From NCBI GenBank assembly GCA_017622215.1, contig JAGARO010000012.1:1043-65042 (forward strand): DNA of 64,000 bases, given 5' to 3'. The notes beneath the pieces are model-generated. The model was given only the letters and a program-made list of their open reading frames with translations, was not told where the DNA came from and made no database searches. Origin of the DNA: Clostridia bacterium (GTDB lineage: Bacteria; Bacillota; Clostridia; Monoglobales; Monoglobaceae). Below, piece after piece: positions 1 to 12,244 of the stretch. The position numbers were made by a program, and so were the translations under genes. The first letter of the stretch is position 1, and each line of letters starts with the position of its first letter.

Positions 1-150
1 GCAAACCAATCAACATATATGGAGTGTCTGCTCCCAATTCAACAGACACAACCGACGCAAACCTTTTAGAAAAATTACCAAAATTTACCAAATACACAAT
101 AAAAATAGCACAAAAACACAACCAAAAAACTAGAAAGGAAGACTAAAGCT

Positions 151-1134
151 ATGAACTTAAAAGGAAAAAACTTCTTAAAACTTCTTGATTTCACACCGGA
201 AGAAATAAATTATCTTATTGATTTAGCCTGGCGACTCAAGGATGAGAAGAAAAAGGGAATACCTCACAGACTCTGCGAGGGAAAGAGCATCGCCTTAGTC
301 TTTGAAAAGACAAGCACAAGAACACGCTGTGCCTTTGAAGTAGCGGCGGCAGACCTGGGAATGCACCCTGTATATCTTGACCCACAGGGCTCACAGATAG
401 GCAAAAAGGAAAGCATAAAGGATACTGCAAGAGTTCTTGGAAGAATGTTTGACGGAATTGAGTACAGAGGCTTCGGTCAGGAAATCGTTGAAGAACTTGC
501 CGCTTACGCAGGAGTTCCTGTTTGGAACGGACTTACAAACGAATTCCACCCGACACAGATTCTTGCCGACTTCCTTACAATAAAGGAAAACTTTGGCGAC
601 CTTAAGGGAAGAAAGCTTGTTTATATGGGCGACGCCCGTTATAATATGGGCAATTCACTTATGGTAGGCTGTGCAAAAATGGGAATGAATTTTGTAGCCT
701 GTGCACCTAAAAAATATTTCCCTGATGCAGAGCTTGTTAAGACCTGTGAAGAGATTGCAAAGGAAACAGGCGCTACACTTCAGTTTATAGAAGACCCAAT
801 GGTTGCCACAAAGGATGCAGATGTAATTTACACAGATGTTTGGGTGTCAATGGGCGAACCTGATTCTGTTTGGAAAGAGAGAATAGAAGAACTTTCGCCA
901 TATAGAGTTACAACAGAAATCATGGAAAACGCAGGAGAAAACAGTAAGTTTATGCACTGCCTCCCTGCATTCCACGACCTTAACACAACAGTAGGCAAGG
1001 AAATTTACGAAAAATTCGGTATAACAGCCATGGAAGTTACAGACGAAGTAATTGAAAGTGAAAAATCAATCGTTTTTGACGAGGCTGAAAACCGTATGCA
1101 TACAATAAAAGCTGTAATGGCAGCAACTCTTTAA
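151..1134 (+). CDS. argF: ornithine carbamoyltransferase
   Basis: 327 aa. Has the STRTR carbamoyl-phosphate motif plus HPTQ, DVWVSMG and HCLP motifs. A purine-rich RBS lies upstream. Confidence 0.93.
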   Translation: MNLKGKNFLKLLDFTPEEINYLIDLAWRLKDEKKKGIPHRLCEGKSIALVFEKTSTRTRCAFEVAAADLGMHPVYLDPQGSQIGKKESIKDTARVLGRMFDGIEYRGFGQEIVEELAAYAGVPVWNGLTNEFHPTQILADFLTIKENFGDLKGRKLVYMGDARYNMGNSLMVGCAKMGMNFVACAPKKYFPDAELVKTCEEIAKETGATLQFIEDPMVATKDADVIYTDVWVSMGEPDSVWKERIEELSPYRVTTEIMENAGENSKFMHCLPAFHDLNTTVGKEIYEKFGITAMEVTDEVIESEKSIVFDEAENRMHTIKAVMAATL

Positions 1135-1156
1135 TAAGGAAAAGGGAGTGTAAAAA

Positions 1157-2377
1157 ATGAATTTTAACGGAATAGATTTTGATACATATTATAGAAATTA
1201 TCCTGATAAGGACGGATATTTCGGAAAATATGGCGGAGCATATATCGAAGAAAAGCTTAAGAAAGCTATGGAAGAGATTACAGAGGCATATTATTCAATC
1301 TGCCAGTCAAGAAAATTCATAGCAGAATTAAGAAGAATCAGAACAGAATTTCAGGGCAGACCAACACCGGTTACACACCTTGAAAGACTTTCAGACGCTT
1401 TAGGTGGCAGGGTACAGCTCTACGCCAAGCGTGAAGATTTGAACCATTCAGGCGCACATAAGCTCAATCACTGTATGGGTGAAGCACTTCTTGCAAAGTA
1501 TATGGGCAAGAAAAAGGTAATTGCTGAAACAGGCGCAGGACAGCACGGTGTTGCCCTTGCCACAGCAGCAGCCTACTTTGGTCTTGAATGTGATATTTAT
1601 ATGGGTAGCGTTGATATTAAGAAACAGGCACCAAATGTTGCAAGAATGAAGATTTTAGGTGCAAATGTTGTTGAGGTAACCCACGGTTTACAGACACTTA
1701 AGGAAGCAGTTGACGCAGCTTTCGACGCATATAGCAAGGAATATAAGGACGCGATTTATTGTATCGGTTCAGTCCTCGGCCCACACCCATTCCCAATGAT
1801 GGTAAGAGATTTCCAGAGCGTAGTTGGTATTGAAGCAAGGGAACAGTTTATCGGTATGACAGGCCATCTTCCTGATGCAATCGTAGCCTGTGTAGGTGGC
1901 GGAAGTAACGCCGCAGGTCTCTTTGCAGGCTTCTTAAATGACCCTGTTGAAATTTACGGTATCGAGCCGCTTGGCAGAGGCCCAAAACTTGGCGACCACG
2001 CCGCAAGCTTAAAGTATGGCGAAGAGGGAATTATGCACGGTTTTAACAGCATTATGCTTAAGGATGAAAACGGCGATCCTGCACCTGTTTACTCAGTTGC
2101 AAGCGGTCTTGACTATCCGTCCTCAGGCCCAGAACACGCGTTCCTGCAGGAAATCGGCAGAGTTAAGTATGATGTAATCGACGACGAAGAAACAATTGAC
2201 GCATTCTACAGACTTGCACGTCTTGAGGGCATCATTCCTGCAATCGAAAGCTCCCACGCAGTAGCTTATGGTATGAAGCTTGCAAAGACAATGGAACACG
2301 GCTCAGTTTTAATTAACCTCTCTGGCCGTGGCGATAAAGATATGGATTATGTAATTGAAAATTACGGCATAAGATAA
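1157..2377 (+). CDS. trpB: tryptophan synthase beta chain (stand-alone TrpB1-type PLP enzyme)
   Basis: 406 aa. Carries [10 protein letters not shown] (PLP lysine), [15 protein letters not shown] and SGRGDKD motifs. Lies 22 nt after argF. No trpA is adjacent. Confidence 0.85.
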   Translation: MNFNGIDFDTYYRNYPDKDGYFGKYGGAYIEEKLKKAMEEITEAYYSICQSRKFIAELRRIRTEFQGRPTPVTHLERLSDALGGRVQLYAKREDLNHSGAHKLNHCMGEALLAKYMGKKKVIAETGAGQHGVALATAAAYFGLECDIYMGSVDIKKQAPNVARMKILGANVVEVTHGLQTLKEAVDAAFDAYSKEYKDAIYCIGSVLGPHPFPMMVRDFQSVVGIEAREQFIGMTGHLPDAIVACVGGGSNAAGLFAGFLNDPVEIYGIEPLGRGPKLGDHAASLKYGEEGIMHGFNSIMLKDENGDPAPVYSVASGLDYPSSGPEHAFLQEIGRVKYDVIDDEETIDAFYRLARLEGIIPAIESSHAVAYGMKLAKTMEHGSVLINLSGRGDKDMDYVIENYGIR

Positions 2378-2382
2378 AATAT

Positions 2383-2416
2383 AACCGCAACAAGAAATTG
2401 TTGCGGTTAATTTTAA
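2383..2416 (+). terminator. hairpin terminator after argF-trpB
   Basis: aaccgcaacaa-gaaa-ttgttgcggtt, an 11-bp stem, followed by aatttta. The U-tract is weak. Confidence 0.55.
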
Positions 2417-2425
2417 GGAAAAATT

Positions 2426-3166
2426 ATGGAAAATAAAATTGTAGTCTGCTACGCTGACGAGAGTTTCAGGGAAAAAGCAGAGAACCTTGCAAAGAAACTG
2501 AATACAGAGATAAAAAGCGGAATAATTGAAAATGAACTCACCCTCCTTTATGATGAAAGGGGTCTTACGCTGACAGACGGCGACCTTGAAGTGAGGGGGG
2601 ATTTTGCAGAGAATAGAAATAGATTGTCGGAGAATAATTTACGACAGGAATTTCTTGTAAAGGCTGTAAAGTCCAAGAATATGGGAGAAAATCCTCTTGT
2701 AGTTGATGCCACGGCAGGCCTCGGCGAAGATTCAATTTTGCTTGCCGCCGCAGGCTACAGGGTAATTATGTTTGAATATAACCCTGTTATCTGCGCACTT
2801 TTAGAGGATGCAATGGACAGGGCAAAGGAAACAGAGGAACTTCGCGAGATTATAAAGAGAATGACTCTTGTAGAGGGCGACAGCACAGAAAAAATGAGTG
2901 AAATAAATGAACGCCCTGAAGCAGTTTTTTTAGACCCTATGTTTCCCGAACGAAAGAAAAGTGCGCTGGTAAAAAAGAAGTTCCAGCTACTGCAAAGACT
3001 TGAAAAACCTGCAACGGACGAAAGAGAAATGTATGAAGAGGCTGTGAAATTAAAGCCTAAAAAGATAGTGATAAAACGACCTCTTAAAGGACCAACCCTC
3101 GAAGGCACGAAACCCTCATACTCAATAAAAGGCAAAGCAATAAGATATGACTGTATCTTGCTATAA
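2426..3166 (+). CDS. rsmJ: RsmJ-like class I SAM-dependent methyltransferase (16S rRNA m2G type)
   Basis: 246 aa. VVDATAGLGEDSILLAAAGYRVIMFEYNP and FLDPMFPERKKSALVKKK match RsmJ/YhiQ motifs as I remember them. Confidence 0.75.
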   Translation: MENKIVVCYADESFREKAENLAKKLNTEIKSGIIENELTLLYDERGLTLTDGDLEVRGDFAENRNRLSENNLRQEFLVKAVKSKNMGENPLVVDATAGLGEDSILLAAAGYRVIMFEYNPVICALLEDAMDRAKETEELREIIKRMTLVEGDSTEKMSEINERPEAVFLDPMFPERKKSALVKKKFQLLQRLEKPATDEREMYEEAVKLKPKKIVIKRPLKGPTLEGTKPSYSIKGKAIRYDCILL

Positions 3167-3197
3167 AAAAAGGATTACTATTTAGTAATCCTTTTTT
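3165..3197. terminator. bidirectional hairpin between convergent genes
   Basis: aaaaaaaggattact-(loop)-agtaatccttttttt, with an A-run and a T-run on both sides. It overlaps the stop codon of the minus-strand acyltransferase. Confidence 0.6.
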
Positions 3198-4179
3198 TGA
3201 TATTAACAAATAAAACCGAAAACAGAATTGATGCGATATATACGAAAGCCCAACGCACAATCGATGGATGTGAAGTCATGTCAGCAATTTTGTGTATAAT
3301 CACATAGTCAAAAAGGTAGATAAAAATGCAATGGGACAGATAAATGTAATATGATGCCCCGTTCACAGCTTTTAAAACCTTAAACTTGTAAATTCCTTTG
3401 AATTTTCTTGCAACCTCAAAGAAGAAGAGAATGGCAAGAACGGAATAGAGAATGTGGAGATATTCAAGGTAAGGGAAAACGTAAACTCCTGCAAAGTTGC
3501 ACCACATAAGAGATGCGTCGGCAACCCCGCAACAGATAAATAAAATTAAAGTAAGAGGAAACAGCTCCTTGCTGTATTTTTTAGCGTCGCTGTAATGCTT
3601 TCCAAAGCACATACCAAATACCCAATAAATAAGATATTTGAATATACTTTTGTCTGATTCAGGGAAATAATATGAGTAAATTACAGTTATAATCAGAGCC
3701 ACAGGCAAATGGTAACGGTATTTCACACGCTTATTTAAAAATCTCCAAAGTGGCATTAAAAGATAGAACTGAAGAATGATAATAACAAAGTATAAATGCC
3801 CTACAATGTTGGTTTTGTATAGTCCGTGAAGAATGTAGCTTAAGTGGTTCTGTCCCTGGGGATAAAATCCTAAATGGAGGAACAGGAAATAATATATAAC
3901 GGAAAAAACTATGTAAGGAATAACAATCTCCGTAAGCCTTGAAAGATAGAATTTTCCATATTTGAATGAGCGACCATCACGGGAGAAAAACTTAAATGCA
4001 GATAAAAATATAAAGCCCTGAACAACAAAAGAAGAAAGACGCCATACAGAAAGAATGGTTTTGTATTCTAAGGCGAACTTGTCAGGGGCAGATAAATGCT
4101 TTGAACAAAGATGAATTAAAATAACAAGCATAGCAAAAAAGATGTTCATAAGTGAAATCTCAGTTATTCTTTTTTTCAT
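3178..4179 (-). CDS. acyltransferase-3 family integral membrane protein
   Basis: Polytopic membrane protein with an acyltransferase-3-like hydrophobic profile. I set the start at MKKRITEIS (ATG 4179) rather than at the long ORF, whose upstream extension overlaps yunB. Confidence 0.7.
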   Translation of the reverse strand: MKKRITEISLMNIFFAMLVILIHLCSKHLSAPDKFALEYKTILSVWRLSSFVVQGFIFLSAFKFFSRDGRSFKYGKFYLSRLTEIVIPYIVFSVIYYFLFLHLGFYPQGQNHLSYILHGLYKTNIVGHLYFVIIILQFYLLMPLWRFLNKRVKYRYHLPVALIITVIYSYYFPESDKSIFKYLIYWVFGMCFGKHYSDAKKYSKELFPLTLILFICCGVADASLMWCNFAGVYVFPYLEYLHILYSVLAILFFFEVARKFKGIYKFKVLKAVNGASYYIYLSHCIFIYLFDYVIIHKIADMTSHPSIVRWAFVYIASILFSVLFVNIKKRITK

Positions 4180-4281
4180 AATTTTCACCTCACAGAAAGA
4201 GTCTAACATAATAAAGAGAAATTTACAAGAAGAAAAAGTAACTTTAACCTTAATGTGACATAAAATGTATAAGGTGATGCT

Positions 4282-4884
4282 ATGAAAAAATATAAGGGAC
4301 TGACTTATCGGAAACCTCTGATAAATATAATGATATGGTTTCTTTTTGTAATGGGAGTCCTTGGTGCAGTAGGCTGGGCAACAGTCCCCTTTATGCTTGA
4401 ATACACAACCTCTCATGTTCAGGACCAGGTAACAGAAATAGTGAATGACTGTATAATTTCAGCCATGGGAGAGGAAGAGTTTAAGGAAATAAGATATGAT
4501 AAGGGAGTAAAATACATAGATGCAGATGTAAGAATGGAAAACCTGATGAAATCGAGGTTGACAATGGCACTTCAGGAGAGGCTTGACGAAATTGATGAGG
4601 TAGATATACGATTTCCTATAGGAAGCTATGTAGGTCTGCCATTTTCTATCAGGATTCCCGTTAAAATAGTTTCAATAAGCTCCACAGAGGCAAGAATAAA
4701 CAGAAAATTTGAAACAGCAGGAGTGAATCAGACAAGGGTAATTACGGATATTGAGATAGACTATTCCGTAAAAACAGCTATGCTCGGTATGTTTTGCGAC
4801 ATAGTCGTTGATACCCAGATTCCCCTCTCTGACACAGTCATAGTCGGCGATACACCTACAACAAATGTAGAGCTTATAAAATAG
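4282..4884 (+). CDS. yunB: sporulation protein YunB
   Basis: 200 aa with an N-terminal TM segment. The C-terminal IRFPIGSYVGLPFSIRIPVKI...FETAGVNQTRV resembles the YunB family. Confidence 0.65.
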   Translation: MKKYKGLTYRKPLINIMIWFLFVMGVLGAVGWATVPFMLEYTTSHVQDQVTEIVNDCIISAMGEEEFKEIRYDKGVKYIDADVRMENLMKSRLTMALQERLDEIDEVDIRFPIGSYVGLPFSIRIPVKIVSISSTEARINRKFETAGVNQTRVITDIEIDYSVKTAMLGMFCDIVVDTQIPLSDTVIVGDTPTTNVELIK

Positions 4885-4925
4885 ATAAAAGGACTTGTTT
4901 TTTTCACAAAAATTATATATACTAA

Positions 4926-6935
<2,010 letters not shown>

Positions 6936-6977
6936 TCTTATATATGGTAAAATTTTAGGATGTAAAGGAGCGAAATT

Positions 6978-7640
6978 ATGGCTGACTTTTTTTCAGGCGG
7001 AATGACAGGAATATTAAGTCTTTTAATATCCGTTTTCTGCGTACTTTTATCAATTTCAATACATGAATTTGCTCATGGTTATATGGCGTATAAGCTTGGG
7101 GATGATACAGCGAGAGTTATGGGGAGATTAAGCGTAAATCCGCTTCATCACCTTGACCCTATCGGAGCACTCTGCCTTTTGTTTTTCCATTTCGGATGGG
7201 CAAAGCCTGTGCCTGTAAATCCGTCAAAGTTTACAAAGGTTAAGATTAAGACAGGCATGGTGCTTACAGCTATCGCAGGCCCTCTTGCCAACTTTATTTT
7301 AGGTTTTATTGCAATGATTCTTTTAAGAGTAGTAATTCTCTATATGGCTGATTTTGCTGTGTCAGAGCTTCTTTTTATAATTTTATATACTCTTGTAATT
7401 ATGAATGTAGGTCTCGGACTTTTTAATCTTATTCCAATACCGCCCCTTGACGGCTCAAAGGTGTTGAATGCACTTTTGCCTGCAAGGATATATTTTAAGA
7501 TAATGCAGTACGAAAGATACGGTACGCTTTTGCTTATTTTGTTTATCTGGTTCGGCTCAGGAAGATTTTTATCATCTCTTTCGGGATATGTGCTGGATTT
7601 TTATGATTTTGTACTGAATTTGATACCTTTTTTAAGATAA
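6978..7640 (+). CDS. site-2 protease family (peptidase M50) membrane metalloprotease
   Basis: HEFAHG (HExxH) and FNLIPIPPLDG motifs, with multiple TM segments. Confidence 0.85.
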   Translation: MADFFSGGMTGILSLLISVFCVLLSISIHEFAHGYMAYKLGDDTARVMGRLSVNPLHHLDPIGALCLLFFHFGWAKPVPVNPSKFTKVKIKTGMVLTAIAGPLANFILGFIAMILLRVVILYMADFAVSELLFIILYTLVIMNVGLGLFNLIPIPPLDGSKVLNALLPARIYFKIMQYERYGTLLLILFIWFGSGRFLSSLSGYVLDFYDFVLNLIPFLR

Positions 7641-7650
7641 GAGAGAATTT

Positions 7651-8409
7651 ATGGAAAAACTTTCATTCAGATTGGAGTCATACGAAGGTCCTCTTGACCT
7701 TTTGTTGACGCTGATTAAGAAAAATAAAGTTAATATTTATGATATTCCTATAAGTGATATTCTTGACCAGTACATAGAGGCTATGAATATGATGAAGGAA
7801 ATGGATTTGGAAGTTTCAAGTGAGTTTCTTGTCCTTGCGGCAACACTTCTTCAGATAAAGTCAAAGATGCTTGTACCAAGTGAGGATGAAGACGGAGAAG
7901 AAATTGATCCAAGAGAAGACCTTGTAAACAGACTTCTTGAATATAATAAGTTTAAGGAAACAGTGCCATTTTTCAAGGAAAATGAAAATAACGGCTCATA
8001 TATGTTCTTTAAAATTCCTGATGTAATTGAAAGGCCTCCGGCAAAGCTTAATTATGCAGCACTGACACCTGAAAACTTGCTGAGGGCTTATAGAGTTTCC
8101 TTTAACAGACTTGAGGCGAAACTTCCGCCTCCTGTGGAATCTTTTTCTGGAATTGTAGGACACGAAAAGGTGTCTGTAAGGAAAAAGGTTACAAATATGT
8201 GGAAGAGGCTTATAAAGAAAGCAAAGATGCTTTTTTCGGAGCTTTTTAAGGGAGTCAAGTCAAGACCTGAGGCTGTTGCATCTTTTTTAGCAGTCCTTGA
8301 ACTTATCAAGACAAATAAGATAAGGGTTGAGGGGGAAAATGCCTCGGACCTTATGATTGAAAGAATTTCCGATGAGGAAAATCTTAATGTTGATATTATT
8401 GATGATTAA
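7651..8409 (+). CDS. scpA: segregation and condensation protein A
   Basis: N-terminal FEGPLDLLLTLIKKNKVNIYDIPI kleisin motif. Sits directly upstream of scpB. Confidence 0.9.
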   Translation: MEKLSFRLESYEGPLDLLLTLIKKNKVNIYDIPISDILDQYIEAMNMMKEMDLEVSSEFLVLAATLLQIKSKMLVPSEDEDGEEIDPREDLVNRLLEYNKFKETVPFFKENENNGSYMFFKIPDVIERPPAKLNYAALTPENLLRAYRVSFNRLEAKLPPPVESFSGIVGHEKVSVRKKVTNMWKRLIKKAKMLFSELFKGVKSRPEAVASFLAVLELIKTNKIRVEGENASDLMIERISDEENLNVDIIDD

Positions 8410-8420
8410 GGAGTTTTGTA

Positions 8421-8999
8421 ATGGATTTGTACGAAACTAAAGCGGTTATAGAGGGTCTTTTGTTTGCGGCGGGAGATTCCGTTGAGATAGACAGAATTGC
8501 CGATATAATTGAAATGGATAAAAAGACAACAAAAGAAATCATCTCAAAGATGATGGATGATTATAATATTGAAAAAAGGGGTATAAAAATAATACAGCTT
8601 GGTTCTTCTTATCAGATGTGCACAAAGCCTGAGTATTTTGATTATATCCAGCGTTTAGCCGAGCCAAAGAGGATGCAGAATCTTTCTAATGCGGCTATGG
8701 AGGTATTGTCTATTATTGCTTATCGTCAGCCTGTTACAAGAGCTATGATTGAAAGCATAAGAGGGGTATCCTGCGACGCGATTATAAACAGATTGATTGA
8801 AAGAAATCTTATTGAGGAAACAGGACGACTTGATGTTCCGGGAAGACCGATGATTTTTGGCACAACAGAGGAATTTTTAAGAAGCTTTGGAGTTGCTGAC
8901 CTTACAGAACTTCCTGATTACGATAAGATTGCAACCGAGCCACAGTATAAACAGCAGACAATGGAAGGCATATTAAATAACGAAGAAGAGGCTGAATAG
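8421..8999 (+). CDS. scpB: segregation and condensation protein B
   Basis: IEGLLFAAGDSV...LS.AAMEVLSIIAYRQPVTRAMIE..RGV matches ScpB winged-helix motifs. Confidence 0.9.
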   Translation: MDLYETKAVIEGLLFAAGDSVEIDRIADIIEMDKKTTKEIISKMMDDYNIEKRGIKIIQLGSSYQMCTKPEYFDYIQRLAEPKRMQNLSNAAMEVLSIIAYRQPVTRAMIESIRGVSCDAIINRLIERNLIEETGRLDVPGRPMIFGTTEEFLRSFGVADLTELPDYDKIATEPQYKQQTMEGILNNEEEAE

Positions 9000-9009
9000 G
9001 AAAAAAGAA

Positions 9010-9642
9010 ATGATTTATTTTCTTATAGTTCTTTTGATTTTAATTTTAATATTGTTTCTTGTTTTGTTTTTGAAAACAAAAATTATTCTCAGATATGAGG
9101 ATAAAAAGTTTCAGATTTCCTTTAAAATTTTGTTTTTGAAGCTGAAATTTGACTTAAACCGCAACAAAGGGAAAGAAAAGGAAAAACAGCCGAAACAAAG
9201 AGCAAGTAACGAGGAAATTTCCAATGATAAGATAGGTAAAAAACTGTCGGATTTTAGGGGAAAATACGAGAAATACAAAGATTTTGTCGAATTTACCTTA
9301 AGCCATTTAAGGTATAAGATAGGCTTTGAGAAGTGGAAAATCCGCATAGAGCTTGGAACAGGGGACGCCGCCTCCACGGGAATAGCCCAGGGGATGATAT
9401 GGGCAACGGCAGGTACTGTCCATGGCTTTTTATCCCAATATTTCGACTTTAAAGGCACTAAAATCTACAAAAACCGACAAAAATATACAACAACTTTTCC
9501 TGAAATCGACATAACTCCCCACTATAACGAAAGATGTTTTGATATAGAAGCGGACGGAATAATCTACACACGACTTGTGCATATTATTCCTGTAATTATA
9601 AGACTTTTAAAGATAGTAAAAAAGAAGAAAACTGTCGTATAA
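9010..9642 (+). CDS. YtfI-like (DUF2953-type) membrane protein
   Basis: Has an N-terminal TM segment. The call rests mainly on its position directly upstream of ytfJ, as in Bacillus ytfI-ytfJ. Confidence 0.45.
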   Translation: MIYFLIVLLILILILFLVLFLKTKIILRYEDKKFQISFKILFLKLKFDLNRNKGKEKEKQPKQRASNEEISNDKIGKKLSDFRGKYEKYKDFVEFTLSHLRYKIGFEKWKIRIELGTGDAASTGIAQGMIWATAGTVHGFLSQYFDFKGTKIYKNRQKYTTTFPEIDITPHYNERCFDIEADGIIYTRLVHIIPVIIRLLKIVKKKKTVV

Positions 9643-9803
9643 TGTCATATTATGTTGACGAAAAAGAAAGAAAAAGCTATAATTTATATATAATTTGTCG
9701 AAAAAGATGAAAAATTGAAATACGATGTTTCGGGTTGTTGTGTAATAAATGAAGATTTAAGGATAGAATATATAAGAAAAACACGAAAACGGAGGATGAA
9801 AAA

Positions 9804-10301
9804 ATGTCTGAAAATAAGCACCCAATTGACGGAATAATGTTTACAGCTATGCAGAGCATAAAAGAAATGATTGATGTAAATACAATTGTCGGAGACGCAG
9901 TCCAGACCCCTGACGGAACAGTTATAATCCCTATTTCAAAGGTGGGATTAGGCTTTGGCGTTGGTGGTTCTGAAATGATGGGAAAGTCAGGCACAGCAGG
10001 GGCTGACAAGCTTTTTGCAGGTGGTACAGGCGGTGGCGTTTCCATAAGCCCTGTGGCATTTTTAGTTGTTGGAAACGGAAAGATTAAACTTCTTCCTGTT
10101 AACCCTGAATCCACATTCTATGACAGAATTTTAGACACAATTCCTACAGCTATTGATAAGATTAGCGACGGAATAAAGTCTATAAGAGGAAATAAATTCG
10201 CAAAGTCAAGAAACACTTATGATGAGGTTTTTGAAGAATATAAGGAAATGAAGGCAAAGGAAACAGAAGAGCCTCCGTATTTCACAGAGGATATCGACTA
10301 A
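9804..10301 (+). CDS. ytfJ: GerW/YtfJ family sporulation protein
   Basis: VNTIVGDAVQTPDGTVIIPISKVGLGFGVGGSE and a glycine-rich region are typical of YtfJ. Confidence 0.8.
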   Translation: MSENKHPIDGIMFTAMQSIKEMIDVNTIVGDAVQTPDGTVIIPISKVGLGFGVGGSEMMGKSGTAGADKLFAGGTGGGVSISPVAFLVVGNGKIKLLPVNPESTFYDRILDTIPTAIDKISDGIKSIRGNKFAKSRNTYDEVFEEYKEMKAKETEEPPYFTEDID

Positions 10302-10361
10302 AAACCGCGCTGTTACGGGTTTTTCTGGTTGTTGACGGTCGCTGAAAAACTTGAATATTTT

Positions 10362-10396
10362 AAGGTTGTGGACATAAAACCGCAACCTTTTTTATT
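10362..10396 (+). terminator. rho-independent terminator after ytfJ
   Basis: aaggttgtgg-acataaaa-ccgcaacctt, a 10-bp stem, followed by tttttt. Confidence 0.65.
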
Positions 10397-10412
10397 ATTT
10401 TTACATTTAGTA

Positions 10413-10440
10413 TTGATTTTCGGGAAATTTTGTGTATAAT
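10413..10440 (+). promoter_or_regulatory. sigma-A type promoter for pckA
   Basis: TTGATT, a 16-nt spacer, then TGTGTATAAT (extended -10). Lies about 80 nt upstream of the pckA ATG. Confidence 0.55.
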
Positions 10441-10519
10441 TGTATTTAGTGGAAGTTGGGCTTTCACAGTTTAGTTTTGATTTTTATTAATAATTATTTT
10501 ATAGAAAGAGGGAAATAAA

Positions 10520-12121
10520 ATGGAACTTAATTTAACAAAGTACGGTATTTCAGGTACAACTGAAATTATCCACAACCCATCTTATGAATTACTTTTTGAA
10601 GAAGAAACAAAGGCTGGTCTTGAAGGCTTTGAAGTTGGTCAGGAAAGTGAACTTGGCGCTGTTAACGTTATGACAGGCGTTTACACAGGTCTTTCACCTC
10701 AGGATAAGTTCATTGTTATGGACGAAAACTCAAAGGACACTGTTTGGTGGACTTCTGACGAATACAAGAATGACAACCACCCTGCTTCAGTTGAAACATG
10801 GGAAACTGTTAAGAAAATTGCTTTAGACGAACTCTCAAACAAGAGACTTTTTGTTGTTGACGCTTTCTGTGGTACTAACGCTGATACAAGAATGGCTATC
10901 AGATTTATTATGGAAGTTGCTTGGCAGGCTCATTTCGTTAAGAATATGTTTATCCAGCCAACAGAAGAAGAACTTAAGAACTTTGAACCTGACTTCGTTG
11001 TTTACAACGCATCAAAGGCTAAGGTTGAAAACTACAAGGAACTCGGTCTTAACTCTGAAACTGCTGTAATGTTCAACATTACAAGCCGCGAACAGGTTAT
11101 TGTTAACACTTGGTACGGCGGTGAAATGAAGAAGGGTATGTTCTCAATGATGAACTACTATCTCCCACTTAAGGGTATCGCTTCAATGCACTGCTCAGCA
11201 AACACAGATATGAACGGCGAAAACACAGCTATTTTCTTTGGTCTTTCAGGTACAGGTAAGACTACACTTTCAACTGATCCTAAGCGTCTTCTCATCGGTG
11301 ATGATGAACACGGCTGGGACGACAACGGCGTATTCAACTTTGAAGGCGGTTGTTATGCTAAGGTTATTAACCTTGACAAGGACTCTGAACCAGACATTTA
11401 CAACGCTATCAAGAGAAATGCTCTCCTTGAAAACGTTACTTTAGACGAAAACGGAAAGATTGACTTTGACGACAAGAGCGTTACAGAAAACACTCGTGTA
11501 TCATACCCAATTGACCATATCGAAAATATAGTTCGCCCTGTTTCTGCTGCTCCTGATGCGAAGAATGTTATCTTCTTATCAGCTGACGCATTCGGCGTAC
11601 TCCCACCTGTTTCAATCCTTACACCAGAACAGACACAGTACTACTTCTTATCAGGATTTACTGCAAAGCTTGCAGGTACTGAAAGAGGAATTACAGAACC
11701 AACTCCAACATTCTCAGCTTGTTTCGGTCAGGCGTTCCTTGAACTCCACCCAACAAAGTATGCTGAAGAGCTTGTTAAGAAGATGGAAAAGAGCGGTGCC
11801 AAGGCATATCTCGTAAACACAGGCTGGAATGGTACAGGCAAGAGAATTTCAATTAAGGACACAAGAGGTATTATTGACGCTATCTTAAACGGCGACATCC
11901 TCGACGCTCCTACAAAGAAGATTCCTTTCTTCAACTTTGAAGTTCCAACAGCACTCCCAGGTGTTGACCCAGCTATCCTCGACCCACGCGACACATACGC
12001 TGACGCTAAAGAATGGGAAGAAAAGGCAAAGGATCTCTCAAGCAGATTTATTAAGAATTTTGCAAAGTACGAAGGCAACGCTGCCGGTAAGGCACTTGTT
12101 CCAGCAGGTCCACAGCTCTAA
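10520..12121 (+). CDS. pckA: phosphoenolpyruvate carboxykinase (ATP)
   Basis: Kinase-1a [11 protein letters not shown], the PEPCK-ATP signature [16 protein letters not shown], and very high conservation throughout. Confidence 0.95.
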   Translation: MELNLTKYGISGTTEIIHNPSYELLFEEETKAGLEGFEVGQESELGAVNVMTGVYTGLSPQDKFIVMDENSKDTVWWTSDEYKNDNHPASVETWETVKKIALDELSNKRLFVVDAFCGTNADTRMAIRFIMEVAWQAHFVKNMFIQPTEEELKNFEPDFVVYNASKAKVENYKELGLNSETAVMFNITSREQVIVNTWYGGEMKKGMFSMMNYYLPLKGIASMHCSANTDMNGENTAIFFGLSGTGKTTLSTDPKRLLIGDDEHGWDDNGVFNFEGGCYAKVINLDKDSEPDIYNAIKRNALLENVTLDENGKIDFDDKSVTENTRVSYPIDHIENIVRPVSAAPDAKNVIFLSADAFGVLPPVSILTPEQTQYYFLSGFTAKLAGTERGITEPTPTFSACFGQAFLELHPTKYAEELVKKMEKSGAKAYLVNTGWNGTGKRISIKDTRGIIDAILNGDILDAPTKKIPFFNFEVPTALPGVDPAILDPRDTYADAKEWEEKAKDLSSRFIKNFAKYEGNAAGKALVPAGPQL

Positions 12122-12131
12122 TATGAAACTT

Positions 12132-12162
12132 ATCCCCTTGCGGTTTCGCAGGGGGATTTTTT
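12132..12162 (+). terminator. rho-independent terminator (copy 1 of a duplicated module)
   Basis: atccccttgcg-gttt-cgcagggggat, an 11-bp stem, followed by T6. Confidence 0.8.
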
Positions 12163-12172
12163 GTGCAAACTA

Positions 12173-12201
12173 TTGAATATTGAGGATGTTTTTGGTATAA
12201 T
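12173..12201 (+). promoter_or_regulatory. sigma-A type promoter for the LRR gene
   Basis: TTGAAT, a 17-nt spacer, then TATAAT. Confidence 0.5.
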
Positions 12202-12244
12202 ACTACCTAATCAAGATATTTTATAGGACTTAGGAGGAAAAGCT

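Noticed and set aside
24-49. The hairpin gtgtctg-N12-cagacac at the left edge of the window as a terminator or attenuator for argF.
   Set aside because: No U-tract follows, the loop is long, and the upstream context is cut off by the window edge, so it cannot be interpreted.
4180-4416. A 79-codon N-terminal extension of the acyltransferase ORF that overlaps the yunB start on the opposite strand.
   Set aside because: The extension is Cys/His-rich nonsense with no RBS. MKKRITEIS at 4179 begins the first TM segment and leaves a normal divergent promoter region.
9720-9800. A forespore-type (sigma-F/G) promoter upstream of ytfJ (tgtaata-N13-ggatagaata).
   Set aside because: It matches the consensus as I remember it only partially. 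I cannot distinguish it from background in an AT-rich spacer without a matrix scan.
9677-10114. A 145-aa minus-strand ORF overlapping ytfJ. Similar antisense ORFs lie at 21214-21633 (in groEL), 33040-33522 (in purD), 57543-58043 (in mutS2) and 15428-15928 (in the polymerase).
   Set aside because: All lie antisense to strongly recognisable conserved genes, have low-complexity composition, and have no RBS. They are typical shadow ORFs.
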